64,000 bases of DNA from Octopus sinensis (Eukaryota), in contig NC_043001.1 in assembly GCF_006345805.1 (NCBI RefSeq), forward strand, positions 66,464,001 to 66,528,000. Direction: 5' to 3'. The translations under genes were made by a program, and so were the position numbers. The notes beneath the pieces are model-generated. The model was given only the letters and a program-made list of their open reading frames with translations, was not told where the DNA came from and made no database searches. Shown here piece by piece: positions 1-10,639 of the stretch (the first letter of the stretch is position 1; the number at the start of each line of letters is the position of its first letter).

Positions 1-1587
1 TGTTCAAAAAGGTCCTGGAACAAAACTGGTTTGCTACATTGGGTATTGATATAAAGCTACAATGCTTTATGATCATCATGCAAGATATATGCAGTAAGTT
101 TGCCCTGAGAGAATATCAAACCAACAAAAAAACATAATTTCCAGAGACAGGAAAATTTTAATGAGCTAATGAACAAAGGTCTCAAATTGGCTAAATGGAC
201 CACTAAAGGATAGTGAAGAAACTTATCTCAAACAAACATTTAATGAGATTGAAAGTAAACTTAAATACTCCATTAAAAGAAGAGTGCAGAAATCCAGGGC
301 TGTGGTCTGTAAAAAATGTAAAGACAAACTCTAAAGCCTACTATAGACTTGCAAAAGAAGCTGCTTCAGTATAGTACAAGATAGGGCCACTGTTTAAAGA
401 AAATGACTCACTCGCTGTGGACCCCCAAAAGATAAGTAAAATACTGAATGTACAATTCAAAAATGTTTTCACAGCTCTGTTGGAACACTTGCAAAATAGC
501 TATGCCTGGTGAGTTCTTTGGCACCCCAACTCTACACAAAGCACAAAGAGGTGGCAATTATCGATTACATGAAATGAACTTAAACTCAGCTACAAGCCCT
601 GGTGGATTCCTAGCAATCCTCCTAAAACATTCATTGCAAAGGAACCCTAGCAAGACCATGGCAGTTCCTCTTCTAAAGCTTCCTTGCAAGTGGCAGACTT
701 CCAGAAAGTTAAAGGAAGGCATAATGTATTCTATCCATTAAGGAGAAAGCAAAACAGATGCTAAAAATTATAGGCCTGTCTTTCTAACCTATGTCAGTAG
801 ACATGAAATGAACTATCAGGAGGAAGCCAATCATATTTCTAGGAGATAATGACTTGCTCCCTGATTCATAGCATAGCTTCTGCTTGGAAAGAAACTGCTT
901 TACACAGCTTTTGCAGCATTATGACTGGCATTGAAACAATTTATTAATTGTTTAAACATGGATGGGATATATCTCGATTTTGCAAAGGCCTTTCATAAGG
1001 TTGATCATGAATTGATATGTCACAGGCTATGAAGACTCAGCATGGTTGAAAGCTGGGAGAGAGATTGCACGACTTCTTATAAGACAGAATTCAGGTTGCG
1101 GCAGCCAGTGGAGCCCTCTTCAAGGAGACAATAATAGTCAGGGAAGTGCCTCTTGGAATTGCTACAGATTCTTATGGCTGTCTTGGAAATGCCATTAGTT
1201 ACACGGGCAGCCAAACTTACTAGCTATGCTGATGATACAATAGTAGTATAGGCAGTCAAAGATCTTGACACCATATACAAATGGCCTGAAGAAAATAACA
1301 GGCAACTTAATGCAACAAAAATTCCAAGCTCTCTATCAGCCAGCTCATGCTAATACACTGCAACAAAGGTAGTTTGGACCAAAAGGAGCAACAATCCCAG
1401 AGTCAAATACAGTGTGTGACCTGGGGATTGATATGAGCAACAATGCATTATCTTACGTAAATATCACCTAGGTGGTGGCAATGTGCAGGTTAACGATCGG
1501 ATGGATTCTGCAAACTTTCAGAACAAGAAACCAGGAAACTATGCTGGTTCTCTGGAAGATGTTTGTTCTCAGCTCTCTAGGCTACAA
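1..1587 (+). mobile_element. Decayed CR1/L2-group LINE ORF2 (reverse transcriptase region)
   Basis: 961-1008 translates DGIYLDFAKAFHKVDH and ~1225 gives YADDT. Many stops and frameshifts. The downstream part resembles the ORF at 47501-48601. Interrupted by a Helitron end at 1588. Confidence 0.85.
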
Positions 1588-1935
1588 TCTATATATATAT
1601 ATAAAAAACTGAGAATGTGTGTCTGTCTGTCTGTGTGAATCCCTAAAACTTGAGAACTACGCAACCAATTTCATTCAAATTTTACACATGCCTTACTTAG
1701 GGTCCATGTAGTGTCATGGGTAAAAAAATTTCTAACTTTTTGCCTAGGGCGAGCCCACAGCAATATCATATCTTCTCCACTATTTCAGTATTACATGTTA
1801 AAAGTGAAACAAAAACGTCTCTCTATTGTAATGTCAGATACTTTCACTTTAATACTGAAACTATTAAAGTCAAACTATTATATAAGAGGGATGAACCATT
1901 AACAGTGGACATCCATTTTGCTAGAATAATATAAC
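1588..1935 (+). mobile_element. Helitron 5' terminal fragment (non-autonomous)
   Basis: Begins A|TCTATATATATATATAAAAAACTGAGAATGTG. Closely matches 59906-60230 and the reverse complement of 15690-16061. No 3' CTAG end. Confidence 0.75.
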
Positions 1936-1939
1936 TGAG

Positions 1940-2340
1940 TCATGGGATGATGTGTAACCTTCGACTTTGAATAGTGCTTGGAAAAGTATATGGCCAGACT
2001 GTGACATTACAAGTTTTCTTCAAGCAGAAAGTCTACATCAAATTCAGAAAGATATTGTGACACTTAAGTCATAGAGGATGATGTAATTGAATTGCTAGTG
2101 TCCTGAAGAGAAAGTTATCTTAAAGGAGCTGATGTTGTTATAAAAAGAAGCTGAGAATACAGATGACCCACTTAAATTGATTACAAAAATTATTGATAAA
2201 AGGTTGGCAGGATTTTGCTGGTATTGATTCTAATCATAAATGTAATATAAAAATTAAAAGCGGAGTTTACAATGAGCTTAGTTCTTATACTGAGCTGTAC
2301 GAAGAGATGATGCATTGGGATAATGAACTTTTAGATAGTA
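1940..2340 (+). mobile_element. Possible Tigger/pogo transposase C-terminal remnant
   Basis: DSNHKCNIKIKSGVYNELSSYTELYEEM loosely resembles the D.N.ERS.K..R.I.....Y.ELY.E tail of Tigger transposases. Weak, judged by eye. Confidence 0.3.
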
Positions 2341-2532
2341 AATATTGTCTTCTATCTAGTAATCCTCATTCCACCACTCCTGAATACAATTGTCCACATC
2401 TTTTGTGGTAAGAACGTATTCTTATGATGTTAGGATTTTTATTAATTCCCTAACATATTCCTCTTGAAATGTTTTAGTGTTTTTAAGTATCTATGTTACA
2501 GCATGTATGTTTAGAGATTATTTTCTTGTATA

Positions 2533-3341
2533 TGAGGGGGTACCCAAAAGTAAACAGAAATGTTCTCTGTGAAACAAGCCCATTGTAGTTCAGGCTACCA
2601 CTGCCAGAAGCCACTTGATGCGACCCTCAGGCATCAGTCTGCCATGTGGTGCGTTTTTGTTTTGCAGTGCTTCTCCCCAGTTCAACAATTTTTGTGATGG
2701 CTTCTGTGAAATTCTGTTTTCTACTGGGGAAAACAGCAACCGAAACAGTTCTGTTTCAAACAGCTTACAAGGATGCTGTCATGAGCAAAACACAAGTTTA
2801 AGCGTGGTTTCCATGCTTTAGGAATGGTCACTTGTCTCTTGAAGACCAACCTCATTCGGGACAACTGTTAACCTCCCGAATGAATGAAAACATCATGAAA
2901 ATTTATGAACTGATCTTGGAGGGCTATCACCGAACAATAGATGAACTTGTTGATAAGACTGTTGTGTCCTGAAGCTCCTGCCAATGAATTTTGAGCGAGG
3001 AATTGCTAATGAAAAGAGTTGCAGCAAAATTTTGCCTCACTTGCTCACAGGTGATCAAAAGCAGTTAGGACTGAATGCATGTCATGAACTGAAAGAATAG
3101 TTGGAAGTTGATCTGGACCATTTTTTGAAGGTCATCACTGGTGACAAAAGCTGGTGCTACGAAATTTGCAGATGTGGAAGAGGTGAGGAAAAAACAGCAG
3201 AGGTATTAAAAGGCATCACTTCGCAAGAGTTCCAGGACTGCTTCAAATAGTGGAGAACACTTTGAAGGTGATAAAAGTGAAAACAAGTAAAACTAAGTGA
3301 ATAATATTGCAAAATTCCAGTTTCTTTCAAGTAACCCCTTC
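2533..3341 (+). mobile_element. Internally deleted mariner transposon
   Basis: TA-flanked imperfect TIRs (TGAGGGGGTACCCAAAAG... / ...TTTCAAGTAACCCCTTC). Remnants RVAAKF and KVITGDKSWCY (first catalytic Asp) are joined to a C-terminal EVLKGITSQEFQDCFK. Confidence 0.85.
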
Positions 3342-3589
3342 TAAAGATAATTGTGTTGCTTGTTCTCTGTTGTTTACTTGTGCTTCTTTTTTTTTCTCTT
3401 TTTGGAAAAGTCCAAAGGAACACAATATCACTTGATAATATGGAGATCAATAGGAAAATTAATTTTGCCTTTTGGAATTTTGCATTAGTCAGACTTTCAG
3501 GAATTCCTTACTTCTGCAAAGTGAATGATTCCTGTATATATATATATATATATTATATATATATATAATTCGTGTATACATATATGAAA

Positions 3590-4628
3590 TGAAGCTAGTA
3601 TGCTTCGTTGGATGTGTAATGTCAGTGTTTATAGTCGACAGAGTGTAAGTACCTTGAGAGAAAAGTTGGACCTAAGAAGCATCAGATGTTGTGTGCAAGA
3701 GAGACGATTGCGCTGGTATGGTCATGTGGCGAGAATGGATGAAGATAGGTGTGTGAAAAAGTGCCACACCCTGGCAGTTGAGGGGACCTGTGGAAGAGGT
3801 AGACCCAAGAAAACCTGGGTCGAGGTGGTGAAGCACAACCTTCGAACTTTAGGTCTCACCAAGGAAATGACCAGAGACCGAGACCTATGGAAGTATGCTG
3901 TGCGTGAGAAGACCCGGCAAGACCAGTGAGAACAATCAAAATCAAACCAAATCAAATCATATATCAGAAAGCAGAACCAAAATTGAGGTCGATCAACATC
4001 AGTGGGAATTGCAGCTGTGGTTAAGTGAACCATCCGTTCGTGTCCGCTGCCAGCCTCGCCTGGCCCCCATGTCAGTGACACGTAAAAGCACCATTCGTTC
4101 GTGGCCATTTGCCAGCTCTGTCTGGCCCCCGTGTCGGTGGCACGTAAAAGCACCATCCGTTCGTGTCTGTTGCCAGCCTCGCCTGGCCCCGTGCCGGTGA
4201 CACGTAAAAGCACCATCCGTTCGTGGCCGTTTGCCAGCTCTGTCTGGCCCCATGTCGGTGGCACGTAAAAGCACCATCCGTTCGTGTCCGTTGCCAGCTC
4301 TGTCTGGCCCCGTGTCGGTGGCATGTAAAAGCACCATCCGTTCGTGTCCGTTGCCAGCATCGCCTGGCCCCGTGCTGGTGACACGTAAAAGCACCATCCG
4401 TTCATGGCCGTTTGCCAGCTCTGTCTGGCACCTGTGCAGGTGGCACGTAAAAAGCACCCACTACACTCATGGAGTGGTTGGCGTTAGGAAGGGCATCCAG
4501 CCGTAGAAACACTGCCAGATCTGACTGGGCCTGACAAAGCCTTCCAGCTTCACAGACCCCAGTTGAACCGTCCAACCCATGCTAGCATGGAAAGCGGATG
4601 CTAAATGATGATGATGATGATGATGATG
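3590..4628 (+). mobile_element. 5'-truncated RTE LINE (ORF2 C-terminus, minisatellite 3' UTR, (GAT)n tail)
   Basis: ORF 3600-3929 has RRLRWYGHVARMDEDRCVKK...GRGRPKKTW, a typical RTE end. About six ~60-bp repeats at 4030-4460. Ends GCTAAAT(GAT)n. Confidence 0.93.
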
Positions 4629-4639
4629 ATATATATATA

Positions 4640-6230
4640 TAATTCGTTTAAAACGTGATTTTATTCGCATAAAAATTCATTTAGATACCCAGAAAATAGG
4701 AAGAAGACCAGCCTAGCAAAATATGTCTGGGAACTATAAGAAAAGGAAGCCCCACCTTTCAACGTGACATGGAGTATTCTGGATAGAGCAGCACCATACA
4801 GGCATGGGGCACACATGAAAAATTTTAAATGCAATCTTTGTTTGTTAGAAAAATTTTATATTTTATTCCAAGACATTAATTCTTTGAATCAAAGAAGCGA
4901 ACTTTTGAACTCATGCAGGCACGCAACCATATTCAAAATGTCAAACATAAATATCCCATATGGATAGCGTATATTTTGTCTTTTTGAATTTTTGATTCTT
5001 GGACTAGTCTTTAATCACACCGATGGATTTGTTTCGCGCTATGCAGATTTCATTCCGCATAGCAAAATCTTGTGCATATATTTTGCTTATATTTTGTTTA
5101 TATTTCTACATATTCCTTTGGAAAAACCTTCGACTTAGTTTATTTCATTTTATTATATTGTATAGGCTTACTTTGGTATTTAATTTATAGATAATCCAAT
5201 ATAGGGTGTTATATTTTGCATGTCTTTTGTTTAATTTTTATTATTATGCACTCACCATTTTTTTAAAAAACAATGTTGTCAGATCCTAGGCATTTTTATG
5301 TAAATATGTGTATTGGCTTGAATATGTATTTGTAAGCATACGTCTTTGTATATGTGTAAGTGAGCGTATGTTTGTACTTAAGCACATACATACACGAATG
5401 TATGTGTATGCATGTATCCACTTGGGCTTGTGTGTTTGCATACTTGTCTCTATATATGTGTCAGTATATGTGCTCACATAATTTGTATACAAAATTTTTT
5501 TTCTTCTTTCCTTTCCTTCTTTTTCCCTTCTCTCTTTTTCTTTTTTTCTCTCTCTTCCTTTCTTTCGTTTTTTTTCTCTCCCTATTCGTTACTTGTATAG
5601 AGCCCTGTAACTTTACGTTCACCCTCCCTTACTTATGTCTTTAGCTTTAAGTTGTAAATAAGAACGCCCCTTCCCCATCTATGAATTTAGCTTATAGTCT
5701 ATATGGATACAGTGATTTTGCATGCAAGCTAGATTGCGTATGCATATGCGTACATGCATTTGTGTGTATATTTTAGTTTTGTATTTATATGTCTGTATAT
5801 GTATGTGGTCTGCGCACATCTATCTGTGTATGTTGATGTATATATGTATAGTTTAGTTTGAGTATGTACTGTTGTGTAATATTTTAATGCATTTTAATAT
5901 TTTAATTTCAATTTCCATGTATTAATTATATTTTCTTTATTAATGACAATATGTATTTTAACCAAAGATTCGATGTAAGGTTTTTTCCTCGACTTTTATA
6001 ATTTTATATATATATATTTTTTTTTGAGCTCATTTTTGTTTATCACTCGAAATTGACCGTTATTTGAAAGGACCAATCAAACAAGTCCATTTTTAAAGGT
6101 GTAGCGCTTATACTAGTCTTGATAGAATTGGCATATCGGTTCTATTCTAGCAAAAAACTGTCCAACGAATGGGAACGTGAAACTCAGAGTAACAGGTTTT
6201 GTTGAATTTTCTGCTGCTTTGAAATAAAGT
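4640..6230 (+). mobile_element. Penelope-like element 3' part (GIY-YIG endonuclease C-terminus plus 3' UTR/pLTR)
   Basis: 4660-4967 translates SFRYPENRKKTSLAKYVWEL*...VTWSILDRAAPY...CNLCLLEKFYIL...LNQRSELLNSCRH, the PLE endonuclease C-terminal signature. A degenerate hammerhead lies at 6158-6195. The 3' extent is approximate. Confidence 0.75.
6158..6195 (+). ncRNA. Degenerate type I hammerhead ribozyme motif
   Basis: CTGT-CCAACGA-ATG(GGAA)CGT-GAAA-CTC(A)GAG-TA-ACAG. Stems I, II and III and GAAA are intact, but the core reads CCAACGA instead of CTGANGA. Confidence 0.55.
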
Positions 6231-6601
6231 ATATATATATATAATGGTGAGTGTCCAATAATACTATACTTGTTCCACATCCTCGCGTTGTTGTGTTTTC
6301 ATGTTTGGATTAACTATATATATATATATATATTTAGCAATTAAGGACAACTACTTAATAAGGAAAACTTAACAAGAAATTGTCAGGTAGATAGCGTAAA
6401 AACCTCATAAGAGAAAAAATTTCGAAAATAATTATTTCTTATTGAACATATTAATTTATATATAGAGGGCATTATACATACATGCCAGAAGGCATTATAC
6501 ATACATGCCAAACGCTAAGAGGGACAATTAGTCATTTCTACCAAAAATATTACTAATCCCACCGAATGCAATTTTTCAAAGTAAGACATTTAAAAAAATA
6601 T

Positions 6602-6649
6602 AGACCTGTATCACAGTGATTTCATACTTACGTACTCATCAGCAGGCCT
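6602..6649 (-). ncRNA. Type I hammerhead ribozyme (copy 1)
   Basis: Exact reverse complement of 7336-7383. Confidence 0.88.
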
Positions 6650-6859
6650 GAATGTATTATAAATAAACAACGACCCTGCCTCGCTTAAGCCGATCAGCTA
6701 ACTGCTCAACATCAACGAAGCACATGGGTGAGTTTACATATATTACATCCGGATAAATGGCAAACTTTTACGAATTGCATTTCGGGAGAGGAAAAGTTTT
6801 TTCGGAATAAAAATTTAGCAATTAAGGACAACTACTTAATAAGGAAAACTTAACAAGAA

Positions 6860-6902
6860 TGCTGATGAGTACGTAAGTATGAAATCACTGTGATACAGGT
6901 CT
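6860..6902 (+). ncRNA. Type I hammerhead ribozyme (copy 2, 5' strand of stem I cut by the inversion junction)
   Basis: TG-CTGATGA-GTAC(GTAA)GTAT-GAAA-TCACTGTGA-TA-CAGGTCT; only TG remains of the AGGCCTG arm. Confidence 0.75.
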
Positions 6903-7335
6903 ATATTTTTTTAAATGTCTTACTTTGAAAAATTGCATTCAGTGGGATTAGTAATATTTTTGGTAGAAATGACTAATTGTCCCTCTTAGCGTTTGGCATG
7001 TATGTATAATGCCTTCTGGCATGTATGTATAATGCCCTCTATATATAAATTAATATGTTCAATAAGAAATAATTATTTTCGAAATTTTTTCTCTTATGAG
7101 GTTTTTACGCTATCTACCTGACAATTTCTAGTTAAGTTTTCCTTATTAAGTAGTTGTCCTTAATTGCTAAATTTTTATTCCGAAAAAACTTTTCCTCTCC
7201 CGAAATGCAATTCGTAAAAGTTTGCCATTTATCCGGATGTAATATATGTAAACTCACCCATGTGCTTCGTTGATGTTGAGCAGTTAGCTGATCGGCTTAA
7301 ACGAGGCAGGGTCGTTGTTTATTTATAATACATTC

Positions 7336-7383
7336 AGGCCTGCTGATGAGTACGTAAGTATGAAATCACTGTGATACAGGTCT
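7336..7383 (+). ncRNA. Type I hammerhead ribozyme (copy 3, complete)
   Basis: Stem I AGGCCTG/CAGGTCT (7 bp), core CTGATGA 7343-7349, stem II GTAC-GTAA-GTAT, GAAA 7362-7365, stem III TCA-CTG-TGA, UH = TA. Predicted cleavage after 7376. Confidence 0.9.
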
Positions 7384-7529
7384 ATATTTTTTTAAATGTC
7401 TTACTTTGAAAAATTGCATTCGGTGGGATTAGTAATATTTTTGGTAGAAATGACTAATTGTCCCTCTTAGCGTTTGGCATGTATGTATAATGCCTTCTGG
7501 CATGTATGTATAATGCCCTCTATATATAA

Positions 7530-7560
<31 letters not shown>

Positions 7561-9182
7561 ATGGTATTTCACCCTGATATACAACTGGTACAAGCTAATG
7601 GTATTTCACACAGACATACCATTGGCATAGTGTTAATTGTAAGTGAAAGAACTATTGCTCCATATAGTCATATGAATCATAGAGGTTGTTCTGTTAAAGT
7701 TATTACAAGTTTAGATAGAATCTTGTGATGGTAACTTTAGACATTTGAGAGAACCCAAAGTTTTGCTGGAACAATAAACATTTATTTTGGATTTCCTATT
7801 TGTGAAAATAATATTTACCATCATGTCTATTATCTGAATTTTTGACTAATCTAATAATTTTATTTTTGAGGACCAAATGAAAGGAGTTCCAGATGGAACT
7901 ATGAGGACCAAATTGCAGGAACACATTTATGATTCATCTTATCTCATTTCTACATCAACTATTGTCTCCACTCTCAGAGCAGTCTTGTATTCATTATGAT
8001 AAAAAGAAATTATTGTTGTAATTTTGTGAGGATTGCATTCATAAATATTCTCACACAAGGGACTGTTTCTTATTTTATTTTGCAGTTAAAAATGTTTATA
8101 TTGAAGTAATTCCACTGAAAATTGTGACAACAATTTTCCTCTTTTTTTTTTTTTTAAGTGGGACATTGAAACAAACAGAACCAGGTTGTCACAAGATGTC
8201 AACCACACCCACTCAATCAAAAAACATCCGTGATGCCATGATGTTTGGTATGTTTCTATTCTGGGAGTTTATTTATATTTTTATTTCAGAATATTTTATA
8301 ATTCCTGTCTCTATATTGAATTTGTGTAAATGGATGGGAGAATTTTATAAAACCCAACAACAGTTCTTGAGATAATCCAGAAAAAGTAAAGTGTAAAAAT
8401 ATATATCTCTGCTTGTAAAATGACAGAAGTAGGTTGAATTTCACTTTATATAGTATAAAAAATCCTCCAGGAAATATCAGAAATTTTCTTAATTGAATAG
8501 CAAAAGATGCGGTGCTATTAGTGATACCTTTAAAACTGAAGATGCAGCCATAACACAAGCTGAAATTGTTAGACATATCTCTGACTATACATCTATGCCC
8601 CAATACTTAGTATTAAGATGCACAATAGTCACAGTGACAGATATTGGGTATGATGTAAACCTTTGACCAGTAGTGACTTTTATGCCACAATATGGTAGAG
8701 TGATCAAAGCAAACTTTACAAAATATGACTAGTAGTTAGTTACATCAAAATGGACATACAAGTTCTAATGATCTCTGAGGCCTAAAGAACCATTCCAGAA
8801 CTATGCACTAAAATAAAGGGTATAAAACCAATGATACAGGGTAGAAAGCCTTGTTGTTACATGTGTCTGAATAAAACACACCTTAGAACTGAATGATCAG
8901 AACTGGAAAAAATTAAGCAAACAAAGAAAATGAAAATAATGATGAGCAATAGCAAAAAGGACAGCTTCTAGAGCACTACCAGCCAAAATTGTAGATATGG
9001 TAAATAAAATATCTTTAGGCTCCACATTAGAAATAAATGAGCAAACACTTCATACCTCAACACTAACAAAGGATATGAACACATTTTCATTGTGCTATGA
9101 GGAAGAAATAATTACAAATGAAAATTTATGAAATGGTTGGTGAAAGTAGGAAAGAGAAAAAAAGAAAAAAATCACAGAAGAC

Positions 9183-9386
9183 TTGACCCTTTAGCATTCA
9201 TATTACTGTCAAATGTAATGCTTATCTATTCCCATTGTTTGGAATTTATCCTATGTTATCTTGTATCTTTGAGATTTCAGAATGACATTGTAGAGTAGGT
9301 GTGAGAAGCAGGATCTGGCCAGTTTGAACCTTAAACAGGTAGAATATTTTGGCTGGATAAGGTCAGTTTAAATACTAAAGCGTTAA
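9183..9386. mobile_element. MITE, possibly piggyBac-type
   Basis: Ends TTGA-CCCTTTAGCATT / AATACTAAAGCG-TTAA: imperfect TIRs with TTAA-like flanks. Confidence 0.45.
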
Positions 9387-9504
9387 CATACAACAAGGAA
9401 AACAGATAAGGGAGAACACTTTCTTCTTCCAAATGACAACAAAATTTTTTTGTATCTCTTCAAGCTCTTGTGGCAAATAAAGAAATGAAGAAATGATTGT
9501 CTTT

Positions 9505-10392
9505 GACTAGGCATAATCATTAGCATGTTGAACAAAATGTTTAGTGACATTTCTTTTGGTTCTTTATGTTCTGAGTTCAAATGTTACCAAAGTTGACTTT
9601 GCCTTTCATCCTTTTGGGGTCAATGAAATAAGTACTAGTTGAGCACAGGGGTTGATGTAATCAACAAGCCCTTCCTTTAAAATTTTAGGCCTTGTGCCTA
9701 TAATAGAAAGGATTATTATTACTATGATTATTATTATTATTATCATTATTATTATTATTATTATTATTATAACTATTGTTGTTGTTGTTGTTGTTGTTAT
9801 TAAGGCAGCGAGCCGGCAGAATTGTTAGTGTGATGGACAAAATGTGTAATGGCATCTTGTCTATCTTTATGTTCTGGTTTCAAATTCTGCCATGGTCGAC
9901 TTCACCTTTCATTCTTTCAGGGTCAATAAATTAAGTACCAGTGAACCACTGGGGTCGATGTAATTGACTAGGCCTCACCCCCTAAAATTTCAGGCCTTGT
10001 GCCTTTAGTAGAAAGGATTGGTGAGCTGGAAGAATCATTAGCACACCAGACAAAATGCTTAGTGGCATTTCTTCTATCTTTACATTGAGAATTTTGCTTT
10101 TCATCCTTTTGAGGTCAATGAAATAAGTACCAATTACACATTGGAGCTGATGTAATTGAGTTACCTGCTCCTCCAAAATTTCAGGCCTTGTGCCTATTGT
10201 AGAAAGGATTAGCATGCCAAGCAAAATGTTTAACAGTATTCCATTCATCTTTACATTTTGAGTTCAAATTCTGCTGCAGTCAACTTTGCCTTTCATCTTT
10301 TTGAGATTGATGGATTAAGTACCAGTGAAACACTGGAGGTAAATGTAATCGACAAGACACTCTCCCACCATTGTGCATTTAGTAGAAAGGAT
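9505..10392 (+). mobile_element. Cluster of four head-to-tail tRNA-derived SINE copies (family A)
   Basis: Repeated GAGCTGG..GAA head, GTTCAAAT B box, TTCATCCTTTT.GGGTCAAT..A.TAAGTAC core and GGCCTTGTGCCT..AGTAGAAAGGAT(TAT)n tail at ~9505, 9802, 10018 and 10205. Confidence 0.8.
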
Positions 10393-10439
10393 TATTATTA
10401 TTATTATTGAAGTGTTTTGCTTAAAAACACAACGAACCA

Positions 10440-10635
10440 CCTAGACGTATGGCTTAATGGTTAGGATGTTGCACTCATGATTGTGAGATTGTGGTTTCAA
10501 TTCCTAGACCAGAATCGTTGTGTTCTTGAGCAAAACACTTTATCTCAAATTGCCCTGTAATTACTTCAATACCTGATGTGTGGTACACTGTGCACCTGTT
10601 CAGGCAACATTGATTTGATGGAGGGAGTGAGATAA
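10440..10635 (+). mobile_element. tRNA-derived SINE (family C)
   Basis: TGGCTTAATGGTTAGG A-box-like and GGTTTCAATTCC B-box-like head, followed by GTGTTCTTGAGCAAAACACTT. Confidence 0.55.
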
Positions 10636-10639
10636 AGTA

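Larger units (their letters stand above)
6332..7530. repeat. 481-bp hammerhead-containing unit in tandem and inverted arrangement (PLE pLTR / retrozyme-like)
   Basis: 6332-6859 is about 1.1 units on the minus strand and 6860-7530 about 1.4 units on plus. Period 481 (ATTTAGCAATTAAGG at 6332 and 6813; CTGATGA at 6862 and 7343). Copies are nearly identical and flanked by (TA)n on both sides. Confidence 0.92.

Noticed and set aside
10440-10510. tRNA genes at SINE heads
   Set aside because: A/B-box-like motifs only; no complete cloverleaf, and they continue into SINE bodies.
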